Source: an uncultured delta proteobacterium
Lineage (GTDB): Bacteria; Myxococcota_A; Polyangia; Fen-1088
Direction of reading: 5' to 3'
Length of the DNA stretch: 64,000 nt
Assembly (NCBI GenBank): GCA_963767925.1
Contig: CAVYGB010000008.1
Location: forward strand, 1,632,001-1,696,000
The notes under the pieces were generated by a model, which worked only from the letters and a program-made list of their open reading frames with translations, was not told the origin of the DNA and ran no database searches. Shown in pieces: positions 1 to 12,691 of this stretch. Positions within the stretch are counted from its first letter, which is position 1. Every line of letters begins with the position of its first letter. A program made the translations under genes and the position numbers.

Positions 1-9
1 TCCGCCGGC

Positions 10-759
10 TCAGGGGACCGGCGGACCGCCAGGCGGCCCCCCTCCCGGTCCGCGTCCCCAGCGCCCGCCGCCCTGCATCGGGCCGGGGCGTCGCATCTCC
101 TCGAACTTCTTCATGCGGTCATCCCCCAGCAGGGACCGCATCTGGCGGTCGGTCTCCTCACGCATGGCGGCCATCTCCCGCCCCATGTTCTCCCGGTTGA
201 GCTCGCCGCTCTCGATCCGGTTGCGCAGGTTCATGCGCGCGTTCTGGGTCTGTCCCAGGATCTGGGTGAACTTCTCGCTCTCCCCCGGGGACAGCCCGAG
301 GTCCTTGACCAGCTGTTCCCGTCGGGCCTGCTCCCGCTCCTGCTGGCGCTGCTCCTGGCGCTGGCGGCCCTGCTCGCGCTCCTGTTCGAGCTGGGCAACG
401 ACGAACCGCCGGAGCTGCTCGCGCCCTTCGGCCGTGTCGATGGCGGGGGGCAAGGGCAGCGGATCGTTGGAGGGGGCGCTGACCGCCACCGCAGGCGCCG
501 GGACGATCAGCCGGGGCGGGGGCAGGCCCCGCCCGGACCCGCGGGAGGGCCCCTCCGACTCGGGGTCGTCCTGGCCGCCGGGGCGACCGCCATACCGATT
601 GCTGTCCACGCCCGCCAGCAGGTCGCCCGCCTCGGCCCCCAGGGTCTCGAGCCGGCTCGAGAGCCGATCGACCTGGCGGCGTGTGTGCACGATGTAGGCC
701 CCCTCGGCGATGACGGCCACCGACAGGACTCCACCAACGATCAGGCCGATGAGTCGCAT
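10..759 (-). CDS. Membrane-anchored coiled-coil protein with a Spy/CpxP-like (LTxxQ-like) helical C-terminal region
   Basis: N-terminal hydrophobic segment; Q/E/R-rich coiled coil; DLGLSPGE...RSLLGDDRMKKFEEMR resembles LTxxQ repeats; Gly/Pro-rich tail; GGAGG-like RBS. Confidence 0.6.
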   Translation of the reverse strand: MRLIGLIVGGVLSVAVIAEGAYIVHTRRQVDRLSSRLETLGAEAGDLLAGVDSNRYGGRPGGQDDPESEGPSRGSGRGLPPPRLIVPAPAVAVSAPSNDPLPLPPAIDTAEGREQLRRFVVAQLEQEREQGRQRQEQRQQEREQARREQLVKDLGLSPGESEKFTQILGQTQNARMNLRNRIESGELNRENMGREMAAMREETDRQMRSLLGDDRMKKFEEMRRPGPMQGGGRWGRGPGGGPPGGPPVP

Positions 760-799
760 GTTCGCCTCCGGTTGACACCCGAACCGCGGGGGGAGTTAT

Positions 800-2215
800 G
801 TGAGCCGGGACGCGACACCGCCGTCGAGCCCGACGAATTCCTTGCCCGCCGCTCCAGGCGGCCCGGTCGGGATGGTAGACTTATCCACGATGTCGGGGTC
901 CGTCGAGGACGGAACGGTCCCTAATCAGCGACTCAGTCGCCCGCGGCTCGTCTGGCGGGCGGTCGCCATAGGGATGTTGTTCCTGCGGCACATGGCCCGC
1001 TGGGCAGCGGGGTGGCTGTGGCTGGTCGCGACATTCGCCGGGCGCGCCCGGCGCCGGGTCTGGTTCGGACGGGTGGTCACCGACCTGTTTCGCAGCCTGG
1101 GCGCGACCTTCATCAAGGTCGGCCAGATCATGAGCACCCGGCCCGACCTGTTCCCGGAGCACGTCACCCGGGCGCTCGAGCGGCTGCAGGACGACGTGGG
1201 GCCCTTCCCCTTCAGCGACGTCGCGCGCACCATCGAGGAGGACCTCGGCCGTCCCTATTCGCAGCTCTTCACCGAGCTGGTGCCGGTTCCCATCGCCTCG
1301 GCCTCGGTGGCCCAGGTTCACAAAGCGCGGCTGCCCGATGGGCGGGTGGTGGCCCTCAAGATCCGCCGGCCCGACGTGGTCGAGCTGTGCCGGTTCGACC
1401 TGGCGGTCATGCGGATGTGGGCGCGGGTCCTGGCCTGGCTGCCGACCCTGGGTTCGCTCGAGCCCGAGGCGGTGGTGCAGGAGTTCGGACGGGCGATCTT
1501 CGCCCAGCTCGATTTTCAGATCGAGGCCCGCAACAACCGCCGCTTCCGGGAGAACTTCCGGGGACACACCGACGTCACCTTCCCAGAGGTCGTGCCCGCG
1601 CTGTCCAGCTCCCGGGTCCTGTGCATGACCTACATCGAGGGGACGAAGATCCTCGCCTGGAACCGGACCTGGTCGGATCCGAAGCGGATGGCCAGGGTCG
1701 GTATGCAGACCATGCTGAAGATGATCTTCGAGGACGGCTTCGTGCACGCCGATCTCCACCCCGGCAACATCTTCATCACGGCCGACCACAAGCTGGCCCT
1801 CCTCGATCTCGGCCTGGTGGGCGAGCTCGACCCGCCCCATCGCCGCTCTTTTGCTCGGTTCTTTGGCGCCTGGGCGCAGCGGGATGGCGACACGATGGCC
1901 CGGCTGCTCTATGCCATGTCGTCGGCCGACCCACAGGACCAGCGCGGCTTCGAGCGGTTTCGCTCGGCGATGATCGAGTTCGTCGGCCGCTACTGGGGGC
2001 AGCGCATGGGCGAGGTGCAGGTGGGGATGGTGCTCTTCGACATGCTCGCCATCTTGCGGCGGCACCGCATCCGGATGAACCCCGCCTTCACCATCGTGAA
2101 CATCGCCATCGCCGTCACCGAGGGGATCGGCAAGCAGCTCGATCCGGAGCTCGACCTCATGTCGGTTGCCCTCCCCTATTTTCTCGCTCACCCGGTCGAA
2201 GCGGAAGCGAGCTGA
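800..2215 (+). CDS. AarF/ABC1/UbiB family atypical kinase
   Basis: GATFIKVGQIMSTRPD, IASASVAQVHKA, VALKIRRP, HADLHPGN and LLDLG motifs. Confidence 0.93.
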   Translation: MSRDATPPSSPTNSLPAAPGGPVGMVDLSTMSGSVEDGTVPNQRLSRPRLVWRAVAIGMLFLRHMARWAAGWLWLVATFAGRARRRVWFGRVVTDLFRSLGATFIKVGQIMSTRPDLFPEHVTRALERLQDDVGPFPFSDVARTIEEDLGRPYSQLFTELVPVPIASASVAQVHKARLPDGRVVALKIRRPDVVELCRFDLAVMRMWARVLAWLPTLGSLEPEAVVQEFGRAIFAQLDFQIEARNNRRFRENFRGHTDVTFPEVVPALSSSRVLCMTYIEGTKILAWNRTWSDPKRMARVGMQTMLKMIFEDGFVHADLHPGNIFITADHKLALLDLGLVGELDPPHRRSFARFFGAWAQRDGDTMARLLYAMSSADPQDQRGFERFRSAMIEFVGRYWGQRMGEVQVGMVLFDMLAILRRHRIRMNPAFTIVNIAIAVTEGIGKQLDPELDLMSVALPYFLAHPVEAEAS

Positions 2216-2305
2216 CGGCGACGCGGTTACACTTTTCCTGGCCAGTCAGCGACCCATCTTCGGGGGGCTCGACTTCCCCTCCCCCACCAGGAAAGGACCG
2301 CACCC

Positions 2306-2884
2306 ATGGCCTTCACATTGCCCCCGCTTCCGTGGCCCAAGGACGCCCTCGGCCCGCAGATCAGCGCCGAGACCATCGAGTTCCACTACGGAAAGCACCA
2401 CCAGACGTACGTCGACAACCTCAACAAGCTCACCCTCGGCAAGCCCGAGGAGAAGAAGAGCCTCGAGGAGATCATCCTCGCCGCCGAGGGCCCCCTCTTC
2501 AATAACGCGGCGCAGGTGTGGAACCACACGTTCTACTGGAGCTCGATGAAACCTCAGGGGGGCGGCAAGCCGTCGGGCAAGCTGCTCGAGCTGTGCAACC
2601 GGGACTTCGGCTCGGTCGACACCCTCCTGCAGCAACTCAGCGAGGCGGCCGTCGGTCAGTTCGGATCCGGCTGGGCCTGGCTGGTCGAGGAGGGCGGCAA
2701 GCTGAAGGTCACCAAGACGGCCAACGCCGACCTACCCATGCGGCATCAGCAGAAGGCCCTGCTGACCTGCGACGTCTGGGAGCACGCCTATTACGTCGAC
2801 TACCGCAACGCCCGCCCGAAATACGTCGAGGCGTTCGTGCAGCGCCTGATCAACTGGGAGTTCGCGGCCAAGAACCTGGGCTGA
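2306..2884 (+). CDS. sodB: Fe/Mn superoxide dismutase (probably Fe type)
   Basis: HYGKHH, FNNAAQVWNH, FGSGWAW and DVWEHAYY motifs; AAAGGA RBS. Confidence 0.93.
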   Translation: MAFTLPPLPWPKDALGPQISAETIEFHYGKHHQTYVDNLNKLTLGKPEEKKSLEEIILAAEGPLFNNAAQVWNHTFYWSSMKPQGGGKPSGKLLELCNRDFGSVDTLLQQLSEAAVGQFGSGWAWLVEEGGKLKVTKTANADLPMRHQQKALLTCDVWEHAYYVDYRNARPKYVEAFVQRLINWEFAAKNLG

Positions 2885-2907
2885 CCGCGGTCATTCTTCC
2901 GTCCTGG

Positions 2908-3399
2908 TCACTCTTCCGTCTCTTCCTGCAGATCCTTGAGCTTCTCCCGTACGGTCGCGGCGTGACCCTGGGCCGAAACCTTCGGCCAGTGGTGGGCCAC
3001 CTTGCCCTTGGGATCGATGATCACCGTCGACCGAAGGACCCCCTCGGTCACCCGCCCGTACAGGTTCTTTTCGCCCCAGGCCCCGTATTCGAGGAGGGTC
3101 TCGTGCTCCGGATCGGAGAGGAGATCGATCTTCAGCTTGTGCTTGGCGATGAACTTGCGGTGGCTCTCGGTCGAGTCGGGGCTGCAGCCGAGGACGGTCG
3201 CGTTCATCTTCTCGAAACCTTTGAGCCCCGAGGTGAAGTCGCAGGCCTCCACGGTGCAGCCCGGCGTATCGTCCTTCGGGTAGAAGTAGAGGACCACCCA
3301 ACGTCCGGCCAGGTCCTCGAGGCTGACCTTCTCATCGTCCTGATTCGGGAGAGCGAAGTCGGGCGCCTTCTTTCCAACCACGAGCGTGCTAGCTGCCAT
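2908..3399 (-). CDS. bcp: Peroxiredoxin, Bcp/PrxQ family
   Basis: YFYPKDDTPGCTVEAC motif. Confidence 0.93.
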   Translation of the reverse strand: MAASTLVVGKKAPDFALPNQDDEKVSLEDLAGRWVVLYFYPKDDTPGCTVEACDFTSGLKGFEKMNATVLGCSPDSTESHRKFIAKHKLKIDLLSDPEHETLLEYGAWGEKNLYGRVTEGVLRSTVIIDPKGKVAHHWPKVSAQGHAATVREKLKDLQEETEE

Positions 3400-3464
3400 G
3401 CCGGGCCACCATACGGCATCTGCTACAGGTGGCCAAGGTCCGCGCGTAGGATGGAACGCAAGCC

Positions 3465-4250
3465 ATGTTCTTCGCCAAGAAGCTGATCTCGGCCTTCCTG
3501 CAGCCGACCACTGTCTCGATGGCGCTCATCCTGGTGGGGTTGCTGCTGCTCTGGCTGACCCAGCGGGCCTGGCTGGGGCGCCTGCTGGCGACCTGCGGAT
3601 TCTGCCTGCTCCTGCTGGCCAGCTACATCCCGCTCGCCGACGCGGTCCTGGTGCCGCTCGAGCGGCGGTACGCCCCGCTTTTCCCCCGGCCGGTGCTCGA
3701 GAAAGCCGTCGCCGAGGCGGGCACGCCGGTCCGCTGGATCGTGGTGCTGGGAGGAGGGCACATCCTCGAGGCCGGTGTCCCGGCCAACGACCAGATAGGG
3801 GACTCTGCCCTGTCGCGGCTGGTGGAGGCGATCCGCCTGCACCGGGAGCTGCCGGGGACCCGGATCCTGCTGTCGGGGGGCGTCGGAGGGTCGGTCAAAC
3901 ATGCCGACGTGCTGGGAGAAGTGGCGCGGATCCTGGGCCTCGGGCCGGACAGCTACGTCCTCGACCGCACGGCCTGGGACACGGAACAGGAGGCGAAGAA
4001 CCTCGCCGAGCGGATCGGCGGCGACCCCTTCATCCTGGTCACCTCGGCCATCCACATGCCCCGGGCGATGGCCCTGTTCCGGAAGGCGGGCACCAGCCCC
4101 ATCGCCGCGCCCACCCACCACTTCAGCCTGGACGAGCCCGGGGTGGCCCTCGGTGAGCTGTTGCCCGACCCCTCGGCCCTCGGCGACGTCGACGACGCCG
4201 CCCACGAGTACCTGGGGATGTTGTGGTCCCTGTTGCGCGACCGGATCTGA
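3465..4250 (+). CDS. elyC: ElyC/YdcF (DUF218) envelope biogenesis protein
   Basis: Two N-terminal TM helices; IVVLGGG, SRLVEAIRL, LVTSAIHMPRA and HEYLG motifs. Confidence 0.85.
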   Translation: MFFAKKLISAFLQPTTVSMALILVGLLLLWLTQRAWLGRLLATCGFCLLLLASYIPLADAVLVPLERRYAPLFPRPVLEKAVAEAGTPVRWIVVLGGGHILEAGVPANDQIGDSALSRLVEAIRLHRELPGTRILLSGGVGGSVKHADVLGEVARILGLGPDSYVLDRTAWDTEQEAKNLAERIGGDPFILVTSAIHMPRAMALFRKAGTSPIAAPTHHFSLDEPGVALGELLPDPSALGDVDDAAHEYLGMLWSLLRDRI

Positions 4251-4283
4251 AGCCGAAGTCGGGGGTGAGCCCTCGGGGGTCGG

Positions 4284-6881
4284 TCACCGCTTGCGGGGGG
4301 CCGGCGGGCTGGCGGTCGCGCCGTCCTCGGGCCAGAGGTGACGCGGATAGCGCCGGGACAGCTCGCGGCGGATGGCGGGGTAGTGCTGCCGCCAGAAGCC
4401 GGGGAGGTCGCGGGTGACCTGGACCGCCCGGTAGTTGGGGGCGAGCAGGTGGAGCACCAGGGGGACTCGACCGCTGCAGACGGCGGGGCCGCTCTGCATG
4501 CCGAAGAAGTCCTGCAGGCGGGACTCGATCCAGGGCGGGCGGTCGGGCTCGTAGTGGACCTCGACCTCCCGGCCGCCCGGCAGCCGCACGCGCGCCGGGG
4601 TCTCCCGGCGCAAGCGCTGCCAGAAGCCGGGCGGGAAGCGCTCGGCCAGCAACAGCTCCAGGCCGGCCTCCCGCAGCTCGGCGAAGCTGGTTCTCTCGGC
4701 GCAGGCGGCGGCGAGCGCCTGCTCGATCCCCGCCTGGTCGGGGATCTCCAGACCGGCCTCGGGGAAGGTCTGTCCGAACAGGTGCAAGCGGGCGAGCAGA
4801 TCGCCGAGCTCGCCGGGACCCAGCAGCGCGGCCCAGCCCCGGGCCTGGGCCGCCGCCGCCAGCAGGGCGCTGACCTTCTCCGAAGGCGCGGCGGGTCGCC
4901 GGGTCTCGTGCAGCACGATCTCGCCATAGGCCAGGATGGAGGTCGACTCGATCCGTTCGGTCTCCGGCACGAAGGCGCTGCGGTCCTCTTCCCGCAAGCC
5001 CACGGACGCCGTCTCCAGCAGCCACTCGGGCTCGATCTCGACCGCCAGGCGCACCACCGCCCCGCGCCCGCGACCGCCCGCGGCGACGCGTTCCTCGGCG
5101 TCCACCGCGACGAGGAGGTTCCCGGGCGGCGACAGCCCCACCCGGGCTGCCCCACCCTCCGAGAGCACCGCCTCGCGGGCGCCGTTGCTCCGCCGGCGGG
5201 CCACCCGATCGGGAAACCCGGCCAGGGTCGCGCGGGCCAGGGCCCGATCGACCTCCTCGAGGTTCCCCGGCCGGGGTACCCCGCTGCGAACCTTGCGGAC
5301 GAGCTGCCGGCGGGCGCGTTCGGCGGCCTCCACCGCCCGCCGATCCAGGCCCAGCGCGCGCAGAGACTCGTTCGATCCCCGCTGGGCCTGGGCCCGGGAG
5401 AACCGATCCAGTCGGGCGAGCAGATCCATGTCTTCGTGCTCGTCCCCCTGCCCGCCCCGACCCCGCAGGACGAAGCGCGAACGCTCGTCGATGTCCCGCT
5501 CGTTGATGAGCGCGGCCAGGGCGGCCCCCTGCTCGCCCACCCCGCGCCGTTCGGCCTCGACGATCAAGCGGGCCAGCCGGGGATGCAGGGGGAAGCGCAA
5601 CATGGACCGCCCCGTCTCACTGAGGCTCCCTGCGCCGTCCACCGCCTCCAGGCGCCGCAGCAGCTCCTCGGCGGCCGACAGCGCCGCCGGCGGGGGCGGC
5701 TCGAACCAGGGGAAGGCGGCGGGCGAGCGGACGCCCATCCCGTGCAGCAGCAGCAGGCTCTCGGCCAGATCGAGGCGCGCGATCTCGGGCAGGTCGTGGG
5801 GACGGCGCGACTCCAGATCGTGGCGGGTGTAGAGGCGCAGGACCCGGCCCGGGCGGGTGCGCCCGGCCCGGCCCGCCCGCTGCTCGGCCGAGGCCTGGCT
5901 AATCTTTCCCACCGCGAGGGTCGGTAGGCCCGTCCAGGACGAGTGGGCGGCCAGGCGGGCCAGCCCGCTGTCCACCACCACGGTGACGCCATCGATGGTG
6001 ACCGACGTCTCCGCCACGTTGGTCGACAGGATGACCTTCCGGCGGGTGGCGGGCTGAACCGCGCGGGCCTGGTCGGCGGGCGACAGCTCACCGTGCAGGG
6101 GCAACACGAGCAGCCCCGGGTCGGTGACGCCCAGGGCCTCGGTGCAGCGCCGGATCTCCCCGGCGCCGGGGAGAAAGACCAGCAGGTCTCCCCCCGCCGG
6201 ATCCTCACGCAGGCACCGGCGAACCGCGCCCGCTACCTGCTCGGCCAGGGGGCGATCGTCGCGGGTGGCCTGGTGCTCGACCTCGATGGGATGAAGGCGG
6301 CCCTCCGAGCGGAGGGCGGGGCAGTCGCCCAGGAAGGCGCGCACCGGGTCCGCCTCCAGGGTCGCCGACATGACCACCAGCTTGAGGTCCGGGCGGCGGG
6401 CCTGCAGGCGGGCCAGCAGGGCCAGCCCGACGTCGGTCGCCAGGTGCCGCTCGTGAAACTCGTCGAGCACCACCGCGCTGACCCCGGGCAGGGTCGGATC
6501 GTCGAGGAGCTGGCGGGTCAGCAGCCCTTCGGTGATGAAGCGCAGGCGGGTGCGCGGCCCCGAGACGTCCTCGAACCGGACCGTGTAGCCGACCGTCTCG
6601 CCCAGGGGCTCGCCCCGCTCGCTGGCGATATGCCCGGCGACGAGCCGGGCCGGCAGGCGACGGGGCTGCAACACGAGGATCTCGCCGTCGGCGGCCAGGC
6701 CCGCGTCGAGCAGCGCCAGCGGCACCCGGGTGGTCTTGCCCGCCCCGGGCGGCGCCTCGATCACGAGGGAGGGCCGCTCGCGCAGGCTGGCGACGATGGC
6801 GGGCAGCAGCTCGTCGATCGGCAGCGGCGCCGGTTGTCGCCGACCCTTGCCCGCCCCGGCTGGAGCCCCCGGCTCGGTCAC
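4284..6881 (-). CDS. hrpB: ATP-dependent RNA helicase HrpB
   Basis: APPGAGKTT, DEFHER, MSAT, STNVAETS and QRAGRAGR motifs; C-terminal LLAPNYRAVQVT...YPRHLWPED; true start likely GTG at 6881 within the longer ORF. Confidence 0.95.
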   Translation of the reverse strand: MTEPGAPAGAGKGRRQPAPLPIDELLPAIVASLRERPSLVIEAPPGAGKTTRVPLALLDAGLAADGEILVLQPRRLPARLVAGHIASERGEPLGETVGYTVRFEDVSGPRTRLRFITEGLLTRQLLDDPTLPGVSAVVLDEFHERHLATDVGLALLARLQARRPDLKLVVMSATLEADPVRAFLGDCPALRSEGRLHPIEVEHQATRDDRPLAEQVAGAVRRCLREDPAGGDLLVFLPGAGEIRRCTEALGVTDPGLLVLPLHGELSPADQARAVQPATRRKVILSTNVAETSVTIDGVTVVVDSGLARLAAHSSWTGLPTLAVGKISQASAEQRAGRAGRTRPGRVLRLYTRHDLESRRPHDLPEIARLDLAESLLLLHGMGVRSPAAFPWFEPPPPAALSAAEELLRRLEAVDGAGSLSETGRSMLRFPLHPRLARLIVEAERRGVGEQGAALAALINERDIDERSRFVLRGRGGQGDEHEDMDLLARLDRFSRAQAQRGSNESLRALGLDRRAVEAAERARRQLVRKVRSGVPRPGNLEEVDRALARATLAGFPDRVARRRSNGAREAVLSEGGAARVGLSPPGNLLVAVDAEERVAAGGRGRGAVVRLAVEIEPEWLLETASVGLREEDRSAFVPETERIESTSILAYGEIVLHETRRPAAPSEKVSALLAAAAQARGWAALLGPGELGDLLARLHLFGQTFPEAGLEIPDQAGIEQALAAACAERTSFAELREAGLELLLAERFPPGFWQRLRRETPARVRLPGGREVEVHYEPDRPPWIESRLQDFFGMQSGPAVCSGRVPLVLHLLAPNYRAVQVTRDLPGFWRQHYPAIRRELSRRYPRHLWPEDGATASPPAPRKR

Positions 6882-6888
6882 CGCGGCT

Positions 6889-7716
6889 TCACGGGAAGGT
6901 CTGGGCGCCCTGACCCCGCTCGAGCTCGAAGTCGAAGTTCCCGTCGAGCTGGCCGACCAGATCCGACGGGGGCGGGGGCTCGCGGTAGCGCTCGGCCTCG
7001 ACGACCCGGTCGTCCACGAGATCGACGTGGAACCGCTCGGCCCGGAGCCGCTCGTTGAACTCCACCCGGAAGTTGGGCGAGACGGCCCGGTTCTTCGACG
7101 ATCCGAACTCGCTGAGCTCGATCCAGGAGCGCCACCGCTCGGGTGGCAACGGCACCACCGCGTCGATGCGCGCTCCCTCCCCGTCCCGGGCGGTCCCCAC
7201 CAAGGTGGCGCTGGGGCAGGTCTCGCGCAGGGCCAGCGAGGCCCGGATGGGCAGGTTGGGTCCGACGCGCAGCCGGGGCCAGGCCTGGGCCGCGGGCCAG
7301 TGACAGAAGGCCCGGGTCGCATCGTCGATCGCGGCCCCACCACTCAGGCAGCGGGCCACCTCGTAGCTGTTGACGATGTCGAACTGGAGATAGTCGTTGG
7401 CTTCGAGGCTCTTTCCCGAGTCCTGCAGGCGGATCACGATCCGGTTGCGGGTCCCGTCCTTCTTGATGTCCTCGATCGGCTCGCCGGCGAAGAACTTCGG
7501 GCGCAGGTTGTAGCCCCGGGGCACGCCCGGTCGGCCGTAGTCGCCGTCGTCGCTGCAGCCCTTGACGTAGAGCTCCCCGTAGGCCTCCCCCCGTCCGTCG
7601 CCCACGGTGCAGGCCGCGCCGGCCAGGAGAGAGGCGGAGAGGAACAGAAAGACGAACGGGAGCGCCGGGGGCAGGGCCTGGCCCAGGCGCGGCGGGGGCG
7701 AGGGGCTGGCCTTCAT
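6889..7716 (-). CDS. Hypothetical lipoprotein
   Basis: Hydrophobic signal ending LLAGAAC (lipobox-like); ATGA overlap with the upstream gene; 7 bp gap to hrpB. Confidence 0.7.
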   Translation of the reverse strand: MKASPSPPPRLGQALPPALPFVFLFLSASLLAGAACTVGDGRGEAYGELYVKGCSDDGDYGRPGVPRGYNLRPKFFAGEPIEDIKKDGTRNRIVIRLQDSGKSLEANDYLQFDIVNSYEVARCLSGGAAIDDATRAFCHWPAAQAWPRLRVGPNLPIRASLALRETCPSATLVGTARDGEGARIDAVVPLPPERWRSWIELSEFGSSKNRAVSPNFRVEFNERLRAERFHVDLVDDRVVEAERYREPPPPSDLVGQLDGNFDFELERGQGAQTFP

Positions 7717-8516
7717 CGGTCTGTCCCCTTCCGCTTGTCCAGGCGGAGGTGCTCGCCCCGCCGCAGGCTGGTGGTCTGGGCGGCCGATCCCTCGCGCACG
7801 GCGATCTCGACGAGACCGGCGCTGCCCACGTAGGCCACCAGCGCTCCCGGCGCGACGTCGGAGTAGGTCTGGCAGGCGCGCAGGCCGATCGACGGCCGGC
7901 CGTGGGAAGGGATCAGGACCAGCCAGTCGCCGGGCGCGAGCGCGTCGCCGGGCAAGGAGGTGATCAGGTTGCCGAAGGCGTCGACGTGGACGATCACCCC
8001 CGCCCGGCCCTCCCCCGAGGGGCGATCCTCCTCGTCGATCGCCACCCCCAGCTCCTGGATGGCGGGCAACACGGGGCCGGCCTCGCGCGGATGGGCCCCT
8101 CGCGCGAGCAGGCCAGCGGTCTGGGCGAACACGTCGCGCCCGTGGAAGGTGGCGCTCACCGGCTGCCGGCGGAACTCGGCCTTCTCGATGAGGTGGGCCA
8201 CCCGGGGCCCCCGCGCCGCCAGGGCGAGCAGGCCGTTGTCCGGACCGACGAAATAAGAGCCGCCGGCCTCGACGACGACGTCGGCGCGGCTGCCCCCCAC
8301 CCCGGGGTCCACAACGGCGACGTGCACGGTGCCGGGCGGGAACAGCGGCGCGGCCTGGGCCAGCGCGAAGGCGCCGGCGGCGATGTCGTGGCGGGGGATG
8401 TCGTGGGTGATGTCCACGGTGGACGCGTCTCGAGCCAGGGAGAGCACCACGCCCTTCATGGCGCCGACGTAGCCGTCAACGGTACCGAAGTCGGTGGTCA
8501 GGGTGACGATGCTCAT
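7713..8516 (-). CDS. SAM hydroxide adenosyltransferase / SAM-dependent halogenase family (DUF62)
   Basis: [32 protein letters not shown] and VDAFGNL motifs. Confidence 0.92.
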   Translation of the reverse strand: MSIVTLTTDFGTVDGYVGAMKGVVLSLARDASTVDITHDIPRHDIAAGAFALAQAAPLFPPGTVHVAVVDPGVGGSRADVVVEAGGSYFVGPDNGLLALAARGPRVAHLIEKAEFRRQPVSATFHGRDVFAQTAGLLARGAHPREAGPVLPAIQELGVAIDEEDRPSGEGRAGVIVHVDAFGNLITSLPGDALAPGDWLVLIPSHGRPSIGLRACQTYSDVAPGALVAYVGSAGLVEIAVREGSAAQTTSLRRGEHLRLDKRKGTDR

Positions 8517-8552
8517 TTTGCGGGGATCGGGGTTCGGTTCCATCATAGTAGC

Positions 8553-10238
<1,686 letters not shown>

Positions 10239-10512
10239 GGGTCCCCGCCTTGCCTCCCCGTTCACCGACTGAGTCGGCAGCACAGGGGCCTACCCGTCCG
10301 GCGTGACCGCCCCCGATCGCGGGTTTTCGGCCGGTTTCGCGGCCGTTTCTCGCGCGATTCGAGCCAGCGGGCGCGCACGGGCGACCGGACGTGACGGTTT
10401 GCCGACATCGCGCAACGGCCGCCGTCGACAGGTTGATCGTTATCGGAAAAAAAGCGTAAGCTTTTGGCAGGACTGCCCTTTATAAATTTCCTTGGGGGCG
10501 AGGACGGGGATC

Positions 10513-10926
10513 ATGACGAAGTCGGACCTTATCGAGCGGCTGTGTGAGGAGCAGAAGCTCCCCAAGGGCAAGGCCGAGCTGCTGGTCAACACGATCTTCG
10601 ACTGCCTCGAGCAGGCTCTCCGTCGAGGTGAACGGATCGAGATCCGGGGCTTCGGCAGCTTCGAGATCCGCGAATACAAGGCCTACAAGGGCCGCAACCC
10701 CAAGACCGGGGTGCCGGTCTCGGTGCGGGAGAAGCGGCTGCCCTTCTTCAAGGTCGGCAAGGAGCTCAAGGAGCGGGTCAACGGCCGCCCCTCTGACGAG
10801 TCCTCCGGCTCGGCCAACGGGCACGACCATGGCCACAGCTCGAGCTCGTCGGAGAGCGAGGACGGCTCGGAGGACGAGGGCGACGAGGCCCTGGCCGACG
10901 CCCGCCCGGTATCGGCGGGCGACTAG
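10513..10926 (+). CDS. HU/IHF-beta family DNA-binding protein with an acidic C-terminal tail
   Basis: MTKSDLI, IEIRGFGSF, GRNPKTG and PFFKVGKELKERVN motifs. Confidence 0.93.
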   Translation: MTKSDLIERLCEEQKLPKGKAELLVNTIFDCLEQALRRGERIEIRGFGSFEIREYKAYKGRNPKTGVPVSVREKRLPFFKVGKELKERVNGRPSDESSGSANGHDHGHSSSSSESEDGSEDEGDEALADARPVSAGD

Positions 10927-10957
10927 GAGTCCCTGGCCAGAGTAGCCGAGTACCCGG

Positions 10958-11680
10958 CTAGAACTTCACGGTGACCCGGCCGGTGACCGTGACGTCGACC
11001 TTTCCGCTGGGCACAGGGGTGCCGGAGCGGACGATGACGTCGGTGCCGGCGATGAGATTGAACGGGCTGTCGAAGTCGAGGGCCCGATCGGAGAAGGCCT
11101 TCTGGGCGTCGGGGGTCAGCTCGACGGTCTCGTCGGCCTTCTGGTTGGCGACAGTCTTCGGGAAGCTGACCAGCAGCTTGACCTCGGGGTTGTTGTCGGA
11201 GCTGTTGACGCCCGCAGGAGCCACGAACACGTCGACCGGCGGCAGATCCGTCCCGATCTGGTTGTCAGCGGTGTAGCGCAGCTCGCGGAGCAGCACCTCC
11301 TTGACCACGCGGCCACCGATGTCGGCGAACTCGGGCGCGTCCATCTTCAAGTTGATCGTCTGTGGCACCTCGAGGTCGATCCGCATCGCGCAGACCTTCG
11401 TGCCGTCGCAGATGATCTGGGGGTACTGGGCGCAGTCGACGGTGATCCCGCCGGGAAGACTGCGGCAGCAGTCGGCGGCGACGTCGCAGGTGATGGCCTG
11501 ATTGAAGGCCGCCGGGGGCGCCTTCCAGCGCGGGTCGGAGGTCGAGAAGCTGTACGACCGCGACGGGAGGGTCAGGTTGATCGAAGGGTTCTTGGCGAAC
11601 TCGATGAGATCGCAGCCCGCTACGAGAACCGACACCGTCACCATGAGCGCCAGCCTCCCGGAAATCGTCTTGATCGACAT
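10958..11680 (-). CDS. Hypothetical Cys-containing lipoprotein
   Basis: VLVAGC lipobox; AGGAGG RBS; internal six-Cys cluster. Confidence 0.75.
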   Translation of the reverse strand: MSIKTISGRLALMVTVSVLVAGCDLIEFAKNPSINLTLPSRSYSFSTSDPRWKAPPAAFNQAITCDVAADCCRSLPGGITVDCAQYPQIICDGTKVCAMRIDLEVPQTINLKMDAPEFADIGGRVVKEVLLRELRYTADNQIGTDLPPVDVFVAPAGVNSSDNNPEVKLLVSFPKTVANQKADETVELTPDAQKAFSDRALDFDSPFNLIAGTDVIVRSGTPVPSGKVDVTVTGRVTVKF

Positions 11681-11746
11681 GAAACCTCCTCGTGAAGCCA
11701 TCGGCGGAACGAAGTCCGGGGATGAGCGGACCTTTCCGCACCCCCT

Positions 11747-12687
<941 letters not shown>

Positions 12688-12691
<4 letters not shown>

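Noticed and set aside
7713..8516. Fluorinase/chlorinase natural-product pathway
   Set aside because: The HGRD motif and housekeeping context fit the common SAM hydrolase subgroup; no biosynthetic cluster is nearby
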